NCBI GenBank assembly: GCA_900088475.1
Contig: FLMG01000369.1
Location: 1 to 64,000, forward strand
Direction: 5' to 3'
DNA length: 64,000 nucleotides
Source of the DNA: Hyphochytrium catenoides
Taxonomy: Eukaryota; Protista; Hyphochytriomycota
Part shown: one piece after another, positions 13,901-31,960 of the stretch
Layout of the letters: each line of letters opens with the position of its first letter
Position numbering within the stretch: position 1 is the stretch's first letter
Notes under the pieces: generated by a model
Databases searched by the model: none
The model's input: only the letters and a program-made list of their open reading frames with translations
Told to the model about the DNA's origin: nothing
Position numbers and translations under genes: made by a program

Positions 13901-14824
13901 TCCAGACTCCTCCTGGAAGGAGCTCAACATCACTGTTATACACGACCAGGATGACGCCTCCAATGACGAGATATGGGATTGTCCAGAACCAGCGTAGTCG
14001 CTAGAGGAAAGGATGGAAAAGAGGCAAAGCAACATAGACCGGCAAGTTAGTAAGAGCAGGACTGGATCTGGCCTCCAGGAAACGAGAGATGAAATTACTA
14101 CGCCCCGCTTCGGGTATTTGCTTCACAAGCGGGGCGCCGTAGAATGCGAGTAGACGTAATAAGTGGGCAACAAAGTAGAAGCATACGACGGGAGTCGACG
14201 GTACGGAGGACAAAGTGACGAGAACGGCTAAAGGTGGAAGGTTAGCCAACCCACTAGAAGTCATGGCCACGGAAGCTAACAGAGGTGGAGTTCAAAGATA
14301 TTTTCAGTCCATAAGGGGCTCACCTGCATTCTAAAGGAGCGGAGCAATAGCAAGAGAAGAACGAACAGAGCAGCTTCCTCCACGGTTTGAACTCGTCCTT
14401 TCCATTCATCATCTGTGTCTGAAGCTTTCAAGGCATGGCTGCTGAGTTGCACGATCAAGAGAAGCGCCACCACGTTCTGGGCTACCATCAACCGGCTCGT
14501 CTGTGCAGCGCAGGAACAGTAGGTGCGAGAGAAGAAAAAGGAAAAGAATAGGAAATAGATAAAGAGATAGCACCACTCGATGGCTATAATCTGGTACTCA
14601 TCATAGTCGTAGAGGGTGAACCAGACAAAGGTGCCAATGTCGAAAAGGACAAGCAAGTAGACTAAGCCAATAAGAAAAAGTGTGGCTCTGCTAGACATCT
14701 CTTCAATGACCAGCGAGGCGCGCGGGCAACAATAGAACATCAGATCCGAGCTCTGTGCTTCCCGAGACAAGTCCTTGCCCTCATAATGAGAGGAAAGAGG
14801 AGCGGGAATTTTGGGCCTTTCCAT
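10977..14824 (-). CDS. Multi-exon membrane protein with a C-terminal class-3 (alpha/beta hydrolase) lipase-like domain
   Basis: Nucleophile elbow FFTGHSVGGAIAALAA followed by MSFGSPTMG and RLVLVDDWLSR. The 5' exons (14824-13300) encode several hydrophobic TM-like segments. Joining the TM and lipase parts into one gene is inferred, exon boundaries are only partly resolved, and there is an N gap at 13620-13641. Confidence 0.7.
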
Positions 14825-15370
14825 GGTCGCTCCTAGTATCCCTCACAATGAGAGTACCATAGAGCGTTATGATAAACGCGGGATGAAGAGCTTGTCTCCA
14901 TGCTGGGAGCTTTGGCGTCTCCATGAGTCATTCATGCCTGGCTCTATGACACTCCGGAACGACAGGGACCCGCGATGAAGCTTCTGTATCGTCTTGACCG
15001 TATCACTCTCTTCACAAAAACATCAGCTTTCCCTCCTGCCTCCCTTCGCCCCTACACGCACTACTAATTGCAGCAGTCGGGTCTCAATATTGGACCTGGG
15101 GACGCCATAAATTGCCAATTGTTGACGGTCTGAAGCTTCGAAATTGGCCTGGAATCAGAGAAAATAGCGTTTTATTGCGGGGTAGAGAGGACAGAACCAA
15201 GAAGAGCCAGAGGGTCCAGAGTGAAAGAGAGGGGAGGACACTGGAAAAAATGAAGTTGCGAGGAAGAGGCATGACAGAGATGCGGGGTGCGACAGAAGCA
15301 CCGCAGAGGAGGAGGTAGAGAGCCAGAGCAGCACAGGTAGATGGGAGGTATTAAACGCACGGTGGGTCTT

Positions 15371-15379
15371 AAACCCTAA
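15371..15379 (+). promoter_or_regulatory. Telo-box-like motif AAACCCTAA in the divergent lipase/MCM6 promoter
   Basis: Exact AAACCCTAA about 350 bp upstream of the MCM6 ATG. Confidence 0.45.
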
Positions 15380-15477
15380 TTATATCGGATATAACCGCAC
15401 ATTATGCGCACGATCAAGTCTCAAAGTCCCAAAAAGGGTTATCAAGAAGCAGTTATCTTACATTTGCCTACCGGGAG

Positions 15478-15488
15478 TTCCCGCCAAA
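15478..15488 (-). promoter_or_regulatory. E2F/DP-type binding site (TTTGGCGGGAA) upstream of MCM6
   Basis: ttcccgccaaa on + reads TTTGGCGGGAA on -. A second E2F-like element (ttgcgcgaa) lies at ~15499-15507. MCM genes are classical E2F targets. Confidence 0.6.
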
Positions 15489-15725
15489 TTTGCAAGAATT
15501 GCGCGAAGGAGCCGCAGGTGCAGATTTCTTGAGTGCACTGCTTCACCTCGTGGCCGCCGAGAGCGTGCTGCCCTTTCGAAGTATCTTACCACCCGTGGAG
15601 ACAGTGCTGGGGCAAAAGTCAACCTCTCTAGCTATGGCTTCCACCAAATTTTGAGGTATACCTCGCTTGAGGCAGTGGGATAGGGGACGAGAACGCGTCT
15701 GAAGGTCGTTGTGTTCAGGGGCAAC

Positions 15726-21569
<5,844 letters not shown>

Positions 21570-21658
21570 CGGAGAGGACAAAGGAGAGAATTTGTGCTTG
21601 GACTTGTGGGGAAAGAGAGAGAACATGGGAGAGGAAGGTAAAGCGAAACTGTGGGATG

Positions 21659-21709
<51 letters not shown>

Positions 21710-22144
21710 GAAAGAACACTAGAGCTGGAGGAAGAAAGGAGAAGAGGTGGAGGCAGAGGAAGGGTCAAGACCTGGAATGAGAAGAGAGAGAGAGGTGAAA
21801 GGGGCGAAGCACATGCGGGGGAGAGAGAGACGTGTACATAGGAAACCTACGCTCTCAGCTGTAAGTAAAGAGAGTAACAACGTGGATAAATCATGTTCGC
21901 GCCACCTCCTCTCTCTCTCCAGAGAGACAGCAGGTAAATGCTCATTGCTAGGGAGTTCTTTGATCTCTAACTGCGACAAGAGAGAAGAGGGGCAGAGAAG
22001 AAAGCGCTACATACAGAAACCGGGAGAATGGAGAGAAAAATGCAGAGAGACATCGAGAAAGAGACGACAACAACAGAGAAGAAGCTGCGCTGGAGCAAGA
22101 ATGAGCAAGAGAGCGACAAGTGCANNNNNNNNNNNNNNNNNNNN

Positions 22145-22180
<36 letters not shown>

Positions 22181-22607
22181 GAGAAGAAGCCAAGACATGG
22201 GAGAGAGCAAAAAATATTTTCAAAATTACGATAGAGATTCGTGTGTAGTAGGCATTCAGAATAAATAATTCCTTTAGAAGTGTTAACCATGATAAGAATC
22301 TATAGATTCTGGATATGTTTGATTGATGGTGAGTGAGAGAGCTCTTGAAGCTTTTTGAAGATTTGACCTCAGGCATCGGGGAAATCTGAAGCTTTTTGTT
22401 GCCGATAAGTTTGGCTTTTGGCAGCTCATCAGGGCCGTTGATGCTGCTGTCTTCTCTCCTGATGACTGCCGCTGGGCTGCTCTATAGCCTCTGAGAACCT
22501 TTATAGAGTTGTAACACCACTCTCTTACCATTATACTTCACCACTTACCCTAAAAGACTGCTTCGCTGCTCTCTCTCTTCTTCTTCTCTTCTTTTCTTTT
22601 TCTCACA

Positions 22608-24875
22608 ATGACGTACTCCGGCGGTGAAGACCTGAACGCTTTGGTGGTGGACTTGGGAGAGAGTATGTTCAAAGTCGGCTTTGCCGGGGAGGACACTCCC
22701 CGGTTTTTCCAGCCGGCTGTCGCAGGATACTCAGAGAATGTGAGTGATTGACACAGAGGTGGAGGAGCCATCCCCCGATTTTATGCGCAGCTTCATTTTT
22801 GTTTCTTCTCCGATGATCCCGTTGTTGCTTGTTCTCTTCTTACTCTGCACTCTTATCTGGCCTCGGGCTTCTCGCCTCCCTTCCCGCCTGTCAGCCCATG
22901 GCACTGGACAAGTCCTGTGCACCTTCTCCCGGTCTCTCTCCCTGTGTCTCAAACTACACTAGTTCTGCCCTGCTTCTCTATCATCTTGGCGCCAATGAAC
23001 GCCTCTTTTTCTAGACCTTTATCATCTCTCGGCTGAGTACTATCTCGCCTTGAGGTCAGCTCTGCATCCCCTCTGTAAGCCGCCCTTTCTTTCCAATGTT
23101 TTTGGTCTTGCTTGTGTCCCTTTTCGCTATCGTGTTTCTTCCTGTTACTCTTCTCTCTCTCCCTCTCTCTCTCCCTCTCTCTCTCCCTCTCTCTCTCCTC
23201 TCTCTCTCCCTCGCCCTCCTTTCCCCCCTCCTTCTTCTCTCTTACTCTCTCTGTCTCTCTGTATTTTTGCTCCCTCCTCTTACCTCTTTCTTTCCTTCTC
23301 TTACTCTTCTTTTTGTCACCGCCTTTCCCTTTTCTTTCCCTTCTCCCTACTCTCTCCCTCTCTCTCATACTCTTCTTGGATAGGATGCTCTGATGTGCTG
23401 TCTTCTTCCAAGGCTGGCTTTCTATGCATCTATCGCTCACTTTTCTCTCGCTCTCACCTGCTTCCCCCATCCCTACTCTCTGGCCGTCTTTCTCTCTCAT
23501 CCTCTTTTTTGTCTCTCTTGAAAGTCCATCAAGAAGAACTTGAAGCGGCCAGACTTTGTTGGGAGCGAAGCTGTGGATCTGCCTCGGAAGGAGATGCAGC
23601 TGCACTCTCACATTACCGATGGACTGTGGACCGACTGGGACATTGTCGAGCACGTGCTGGAGACAAGCTGTGAGAAAGCTTTGTCGGTGAAAATGACAGG
23701 TGAGCGGAGTGAATGGGACAGCTTGGGCGTGGACTAGTGTGAAGAAGGTAACGCACCGCAGAGAGAGAGACACAGAGAGAGACAGAGAGGGACACAGAGA
23801 GAGACAGAGAGAGACAGAGAGAGACACAGAGAAAGACGGAGAGCAACCGAGATAGATACAGGCAGAGAGAGAGAGCGAGGAAAAGAGAGAGAGGGAGAGA
23901 CAGGCCTGGCTTTTGGCGAGGATGTATGGGAACTGCTCAGAGTCTAGACAAAGAGCAATGGAATGAACTACAGTCTAAACAAAAAGGACAGTGGGCGGGG
24001 GGAGAGAGAGATGGGAAGGAAGAGAGGAGACTAACTTTGAGCAAATCGCTCTCTCTCTGCAGATCATCCTTTTCTCTTTTCGGAACCTTCCTTCAACACC
24101 AGGCCCATCAGAGAGAAGGTCAACACTTTCTCCTCTATCGACCCAGCAGTTGCTGCCATCTAACTCTTTATCCTTTTTCTCTCTCTCCTTGTCTGGGTCT
24201 TCTCTTCCTCTTTCTGGGCCAAGCAGCTGACAGAACTGATGTTTGAGAAGTACGAAGTACCTGCCTTCTTTCTCTCCAAGTCTGCTGTCCTCAGCTGCTT
24301 TGCTAATGGCAGATCGACAGGTGAGAGACGGCAGTCAAGCTTAGGGTTGCTGGTAGATGAGAGGGCACATCCGCAGTGGTGAAGCGTGAGAAATATTGAT
24401 AGAGATAAGTAACTAGAGGAAGAGAAAGAAATAAAGAGATAGAGAAAGGCAGAGAGAGAGAGATTATGGACAGGGCGAAGCATGAGCAACTAAGGGCAAG
24501 GCTCTGGTGGCGAAGAAACAGCTCTGGTCCTGCCTATTCTCCGTACATTCTTCACTCATGTTCCCCTCACCTGCTCCCTTCTTTCGCAAATCGAGGTCTC
24601 TCTCTCTCATTGTTCCCTCTGTCTCGCTTTCTCACCTCCCTCGACGACTTTTTAAACCAGTCCCTTTTTGATGTTCTGTCTCTCTTGTCGTTAATCTTCA
24701 TCAGGCCTCATCCTTGACATTGGCGGCGGAACCACCACGGTGGTGCCTGTGCATGACGGCTATGCTCTGCAGAAGGGGCTCATGAGATCACAAGCGGGTG
24801 GTCGCATGCTCGACAAACAGCTCCTTGCGGTACTGGAGAACAAGGTAGAGTCGAACGAGAGAAGGGAGAGAGTGA

Positions 24876-24906
<31 letters not shown>

Positions 24907-25474
24907 CGCAAAAAAGAGAGATGGAGAAAGGATTTCGATCTCGTCTTTATCTCTTGATTTTTTGTCCTCTCTCTCGCTACCTACGTTTTTCTTGGTTTCC
25001 ATGCATGTTCCCTTTGCCTGGTGGTCAAGAGCTTGGTTTGCTCTCTCTGTCTATCATAGCGATCGTCATTTTCCAGTTGGTGGCCCGTTTGTCTCCACAC
25101 TCTCTTCTCCCTCCTATGTCCTCTCTCCTTCGGTCTGTCGCTCTCTCTCGCTCTTCCCTCGCCTATCTCTCTTCGCTCGCTCTCTCCCCCCGTCTTTCAC
25201 TGTCTCTGTCTCTATTATTTACTGATCTCTTTCTCTTGTCTCCCCTTCTCTCCACACGTTGATGCTATCACTAGGGCCTGGCCATCCAGCCACGCTTCAT
25301 GACTGATCTCCCACAAGACCCTATGCAGGAGGACGAGTCAGGATATCATCAGTCTTTTCTAGAGTATCACAAATTAGATGTCGTAAGGTAGGGCATATCA
25401 CGCTAGCCACCGCTGTCCTCTCGTGGACATTGCCCTATGACGTGCTTTCCCTCTCTGTCGGCCTTCTCTCTCTT

Positions 25475-25505
<31 letters not shown>

Positions 25506-27086
25506 TTCTCTTTCCTTGTGGTCTCTCTATTCTCCCTTTCTCTTGTATTGCCGTCTGCCAGCGCCGTATCGGTCCTTAGATCCCAAGCACACCCAGCGCA
25601 GCTCATCTTGTTTTTTTGCTTAGTTGTTGAGTTTGAGACTCTGTGACACTGTGTGACCCTTCATCTCCGCCACCTCAATCTGAGATGCACGCATTGTGTG
25701 ACGCTTTCGTCATTGTTGTTCATTGGCAACCTCTCACGTACGATAGGAACCTGAAAGAGTCCGTATGCCGAGTCAGCGACGCTGCTTTTGACGAGGCGGC
25801 TAATGCACAGATCCCTACAGGTCGCTACAGCGCCTCACTTCTCCCATTTTCCACTCTCTCTCTTGCTCTCTCTCTCTCTCTGTCTGCCTGTCTATCTTCC
25901 TGCTCATTCCCAGTTGACCCCGTCATTGTTTGCCATAATCGCCACCCTATACTCGCAAAACTTCCCGCTGTCTCTACTCGCTCTCAACAAGAGTGTAGCT
26001 CTGTTAATGTGCTTACCCTTCCATCCTCACCCTGTCCTCCTAGTGCCCTACGAGCTTCCTGATGGCAAGACGGTGGAAGTGGGCACAGAGAGATTCGGAG
26101 TCCCAGAAGTTCTCTTCGAGCCCTCACTCAACCTCGTGCTAAAGGTCAGGTCAAAAAGAGAGTTCACAATGTGTGAGAGAGAGGGTGTAAGGAAAGGAAA
26201 AGGGGAGAAGGGAAGAGAGTGCTTCTGAGAAAGAGAGAGAGGGAAAGAGAGAACTAGAGCTGTCCGCCCTCTGCACTTGTCTTATAATTGTCCGTCTAGA
26301 TCCGGAACTCTCTCTCTCTTTAAAGAGATTACTCCTCATACACGCTGCCGCCTCTTCCATATACTGCTTGCTCATACTCTTTCTTCTTGCTTGCCGGCCA
26401 TTCTGTGACGTTTCCCGTCCCACCCACAGGACGCGCTTACTCTAGAGCCTCTTCAGAAACTTTTGGTTGACGCTGCGATGGCATGTGACCTGGAGGTTAG
26501 GAGGGATCTCTTCCATAACATGATCCTGACAGGAGGAGGCTCTTGCTTTGAGGGAATCACCGTCAGGTTGGGCTCTAGATGCTTCTCTTTCAAACTCTTC
26601 CTCTCTCTCTCTAGTTGTCCTCTGGCCTGGATCATGGTTCTGCTGCTCGAGGCGATCTGAGCCCTGTGTAGACCCGACTTGCTATGCTGGTTCCCTGCCC
26701 ATCGCAGGTCAATGGATCTTCTCGCTAAGCTTCAGTCTGTGCCTGTCTCCTTGGTCATAACTCTCTGTCTCTCTCTCTTCTTCACGTCATCATTTATGGT
26801 GAACTCAATTGCCTAACCTCCGTTTGTGTCTATCTACGACGGTCCACCCACCTTCTCTTGCCTTTTGCTGTTGCTGCCTCTCATTAGGCTAGAGAGAGAG
26901 GTGGCCGCCCTTGCCCCTCCAGTCTTCAAGACTAAAGTCCTGGCAGCGCACGCGCCGGAGAGAAGATTGGGTGCGTGGCTAGGAGGCTCCATCCTCGGCT
27001 CTCTTGGCTCGTTCACGGAGATGTGGATCAGTAAGGCAGAGTTTGTCGAGCATGGGCCCACAATCGTAGAGAGAAAATGTCCGTAA
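22608..27086 (+). CDS. ARP4: Actin-related protein 4 (ARP4/BAF53/ACTL6 family), 10 exons
   Basis: N-terminus [17 protein letters not shown]...[89 protein letters not shown] and C-terminal ERKCP*, all typical of ARP4 rather than conventional actin. Confidence 0.92.
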
Positions 27087-27309
27087 GGCAGTGAAGGGAT
27101 GCAGTAAGGTCCTGCAATGTCTCCCGCAGTCAGCTTCTCTCTCTTTCTAGCGTGTATTTGTTTCCCATCTCTCATCGGCTTTGACCTCTTCTCTGCATAG
27201 TAATGCAGTCTCCATACTCTAGAAGTACTTAAGACGTATTCTGTCTCTCTCCCTCTCTGTCATGAGTCCGCGTCGTGCCTCTGGAAGAGTCCTCGTGGCT
27301 GTGGAGAAG

Positions 27310-27363
<54 letters not shown>

Positions 27364-27963
27364 CAAGAACATCGTGTGCTCTTGCCGACATTCTCCCTCT
27401 ACACGGCTGCAACGTTTGGTTCTCTAGTTCGATACTATGTCTCACATGTAAATCAGAATTCTCTATCTATAACATCAGCATCGCTAGAACATGGCTCATT
27501 CTCTCTCCTCACTCCGTCTCTCTGTCCTTCAGTCTCTCTCTCTCTATATCCAGTGTCTCTCTACCTCGTCTTCTCCCGATTATATTTTCTCTATCTTTGC
27601 TCTGTCCGCCTGAGCAGCAGTGACACTTCTCTTTCCCTTTATCTCATTATCCGAACTTCTTAATCTTTCTTTCTGCCTGAACGATAATTCTGGGGGAGAA
27701 GAGAGAGAGTGACGAAGTCCCATATCGCAAGCTGCTAACTAGGGAGAGAGAGAGAGAGGGCTTTCCTCTCTCTCTATGTCCCTAAGCCTTAGACTTCTCT
27801 TCTCGCACGATGACGGTAAGACAGATATTGCCATAGAGTCTACAACTTTTAATGATAAGATAGCCTCAACAGTAGAACAGCGACCTTCAAGGACAGTCTC
27901 TCTCTTCTCTCTCTCTCTCTTGCCCTCTCTCTCTCAAACTCTCTCTCTTTCTTATTCTCTTCT

Positions 27964-28528
27964 CTACTGTCTGAGAGCTTCAGGCACGGTTGGTCTACTC
28001 GGCACCTGCACGTGGTAGGGCGTGTTCCCCGTGATAGGATTGAAACCTTCTCCTACCGTGTGATCGTGCAGATTCTTCGCCCTGATGGCTGCTCTGTATC
28101 GCGTCTGCTGGTCTTCATATTGCAGCCGAAGCCCGTCTTTACTGTCATTATATTGCAGAGACACGACGTCGAAGGGAACGGAAGACTTGTTGGTCCTGCT
28201 CTTGACTCCGGAGGACCGCAGAGACTCTAGGCGAGCTTCCTCTTCGGCCTGGGCCGCCTGCAGTTGCGAAGGAGAGGCATGAGATAGGAGGTAGAGAGAG
28301 AGAAATACACAGATATATAGAGAGAAGAAAGGAGAGAGAGACAGCGGCGAAGAGTGAGAGAGAGAGAAGAGAAAGACGCAGAGAGAGAGAGAGTAAGGGT
28401 GCACTGGCTCTTCTATTGTACAAACGCAGCAAGTGGATAAGAGAAAGAGAGAGAGCAGATGATCTCAGATGCTATGCGAAGCGGGAACAAGTTGTGATCC
28501 CGAGAGAGAATGGAGAGGGAGAAAAAGA

Positions 28529-28582
<54 letters not shown>

Positions 28583-29381
28583 AGAGAAAGTACGAGAGAA
28601 AAGAGAAAGGTAGGAGAAAGGTGGACAGTACAAAGGTCTGAAAGCAAAAGAGAGGAGGAAAAGTAGGGCAAACTCCAAAGAAAGAGATGGGAAGTGGAGG
28701 AGACCGAGAAGATACAGAGACATGCACTTCTTAGACATGAAATTGATCGGGAAGAGACTGCGGAGAGAGACACACAGAAAGAGAGTAAAAAGAGATGGCG
28801 ACCTCCATCTGCTTCCATCGTGTCTCCTCTCTTTGCAACAGCTCCGTCCTCTTCTCACTCTCCAGCTGCTGTTTCTTTATCGCCATCACGTCACGCCGCT
28901 GCTTTTCCTCCCCGGCTAAGTGACCCCAGAAAGAGACGGAAAAGAGAGAGGGCGGAAGAGAGAGGCACAGAAGGAGGAGAGAGAGAGAGAGAAAGAGAGA
29001 TGACATTGAATAGAGAGTTAGAAAAATGGGAGCCTTCAGGAGAGAATTCAGCGACATGAAGGGATCCCATTCTACAACTAAAACTCTATGTCTAGTGCCT
29101 CTCTCATTCATCACCCCTTTCTTTGAGTTACTCCTCTTTGCTCTCTCCTCTCTCTGTCTCTCATTCTCTCTCTCTGTTTTGCTTTCGCTCTCGCTCTCTC
29201 CTGCTTTTCTCTCTCCCTCTCTCTCCTGCTTTAAATGTCTCACTCACTCTCTCCCGCCCTTCTTGTGCTCGCTCCCTCTGTCACTTTCTCTTCGGCACTT
29301 TGCTTTCTTACGGAATGATGGGGTCTCTACGCCTCACGCCGTGCAAATACCTGCAGTAGCTCCCTCTTTGTGTCTCTTATT

Positions 29382-29412
<31 letters not shown>

Positions 29413-30900
29413 CTCTCTTTCTCCCTTCCCCTCTCTCCTCCCCGGTGGCCACATACCGACATCAGTGTGAAATCTATCTGCATCCGCCATGTACCCCGCG
29501 GCGGAGGGATGAAGAACCACCATCGCTTCTCCGCTCTCGTGCACGTTGATCCTCTGAAAGTTCTCTCTCCTCTGTGCCAAACGCTGCTTTTCCACTTGTT
29601 CTCTGTCTGCTAACGCTCTTCTCTCTCCCCTGGTACGAGGACGGATGTTATGGAAGCCACTGATGGGAGAGACAGTGCCGCCTCCTCTCTCTTTCTCTCT
29701 CTCCCCGTCCTTTTCTCTCCCGGTTGCGTGCGGACTAAGTGGTCGACGGCCAGTCTCCACGACGGATGGGACGTAACCTTGCGGCTCCGACACTGAGAAG
29801 ACAGAGAGTTGGGGAGATGATGATAAAGGGAAGAAAATGAGAGACGGAAAGAGAATGGGAGAGGTGTGAGTAGCGAGAGACAGAGAGAGAGAGAGGGGGA
29901 GAGACACAAGGAGACGAGAGACACAAGAAGAGCGCATGTGAAAACGTTCACTGGAGAGGAGGAATGACAGGGAAAGGTACCAGCTTTCTAAAGAGAAAAG
30001 ATAGAAAAAAGAAGCCAAAGACGGAGAGGTCGTGACGGAGAGCGACAAAAGAGACCAAATTTAATGGAAAGGGAGAGAGATAGACCTGAAAATGAGAGAG
30101 AGTGCGTGTGTGTGTCTGAGAGAGAGAGAGAGAGAGAAAGAAACAGAGAGAGAGATGAAGGAAAGATATAGAGAAAGAAAGAAAGAAAGAAAGAGAGAAA
30201 AGGAAAGAGAGAGAGAGAAAGAAAGAGAACGAGAGAGAGAGAGAAAAAGAGAGAGAGAAAGAAAGAGAAAGGAAGGAAAAGAGAGTCTGAGAGAGAGGGC
30301 ACTAGTTGGCGCTCAATTCTTACTCGTGTTTTGTGGCCTCGAAGTCCCTCCCAAGGCTCTGGAAGTCGGGACCATGGGCCGGGTCGACCCCTGGAAGGCG
30401 TGCTGAGGGTTTACCATCGGAGGCCGTTGAGTGGGAGCTGGCGCGGAAGGGTGGAAAGAGAGAGAAGGGTTAACGTTCTCTCTCGCTCTCTCTCCTCCAC
30501 CTCCCTGTCCTGGATGTGCCTCTAGGCCCCTGAAGGTCTGGCCTTGGGAAGAGAATGTCTGCGGCTGCTGCTGTCTCATTGACGGCGGGGGTGCTGGATA
30601 GGAAGAGAGAGAAGAAGAGAGAGAGGAAGAGAGAGACACGGAGCCGTTCATTCCTCCCGATCCCCCCATAAAAGAGGCAGAAGGCTGGCGCTGTGTTCCT
30701 GGAGGTTGTGAAGGGAGAGAGACCGGATAGACCGGCGCTGGAGAGGCAGAAGAAGGAGGAGGAAAGCCAGAATGAGAAAGAGAAGAGAAAGGAGGTCCTC
30801 TTCCTGTCTGTTGTGCGACATTTGTCTGTCTCCCGGTCATCTGAGGAGGGAAACCTCTAGAAGTGCCCGCATAGGGGCCATGGCCCTGCGACATGTCCAA
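27964..30900 (-). CDS. 4-exon hypothetical protein: P/S/Q/G-rich disordered N-terminus, coiled coil, C-terminal FNPITG-containing domain
   Basis: Phase-compatible GT-AG exons 30900-30324, 29792-29457, 28915-28803 and 28257-27964 give one continuous frame (…ADADRFHTDVAGEEKQRR…REETRWKQMEAAQAEEEARLE…YRAAIRAKNL…GFNPITG…). Confidence 0.8.
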
Positions 30901-31259
30901 AGAAGAGGAGAAGAGAGATGAAAAAGAGACGGAAGAGAGAGAGAAAAGAAGAGAGAGCTTGAGAGAAAGCAGCTGCAGTTATGTACGAAGAAGACAAAGA
31001 GTTGCGCGGAGTCCTGTCTAGGTCTGTCCGCTGCAAGGGCATGCGCAGGAGAGCATCACTGAAGGTAGAAAGGATGAAAAAGAGAGAAAGATAGAAGAAG
31101 AATTCTTTGCTCTCAGACGCTCTGCGTCAATCTCTTCTTCTTTCTCCCGCTCAATGTTTTTCCCTCCTTTTCTCCGTCACCTCTGGATTCTTTGCTCTTC
31201 TCCTCAGATTGAGGAAGTAAATGCAAGTTAGCAGCTTGCTCTTCTCTCTCCCTGTCCCC

Positions 31260-31512
31260 GCGAAGAGATTACTCTGTCTCTCTCTCTCTCTCTTTCTCTC
31301 TCTCTTGTCTCTCCTCTCTCTCTCTCTGTGCCTTCCTCTCTCGTGGGGGTGCCTCTCTTCTCCCCAGTATTATCTTCATTATTATTATTGGCCCTCATTT
31401 ATCTGTCATCGCCTACCTGGCTTGAGTCTCTCTCTCCCTGATCTTTCCTTTCGCTTGTAGTTCTATTTGATTGTGTTGCTGCCAGCCTTTCTATTCCTAT
31501 TTCCCTCTCTCT

Positions 31513-31558
<46 letters not shown>

Positions 31559-31602
31559 TTTTCTCTTTCTCTCTCTTTCTCTGCCTTTCTGCCTTTCTCT
31601 GC

Positions 31603-31634
<32 letters not shown>

Positions 31635-31685
31635 GCCTTTCTCTGCCTTTCTCTGCTTTTCTCTCTCTCTCTCTCTCTCTGCCTT

Positions 31686-31720
<35 letters not shown>

Positions 31721-31960
31721 TTGCCCTTCTCTCTGTCTCTCTGTCTCTCCCCTTCTCTCTCTCTCTGCCTCTCCTTGTCTCTGTCTCTCTCTCTCAGTCC
31801 CTCCTTTGAGCTCTCTTTCTCCCTCTTTACCTCTCTCTGGCTCTGTGTTGGTGAGTGTCTGTCTGCTTTCTTCTCCTTCTCCCTTCCTCTACCTCACTTT
31901 CTGTCTCTAGTCTCTAGTTCGCCCTCTGTCTCTCTCTCTGTCTGGTTCTCTGTCTGCTCG
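31260..31960 (+). repeat. Long degenerate (CT)n microsatellite block
   Basis: Near-continuous polypyrimidine/(CT)n tract. Similar tracts occur throughout the window (e.g. 21660-21705, 27313-27360, 30120-30300, 52070-52180). Confidence 0.9.
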
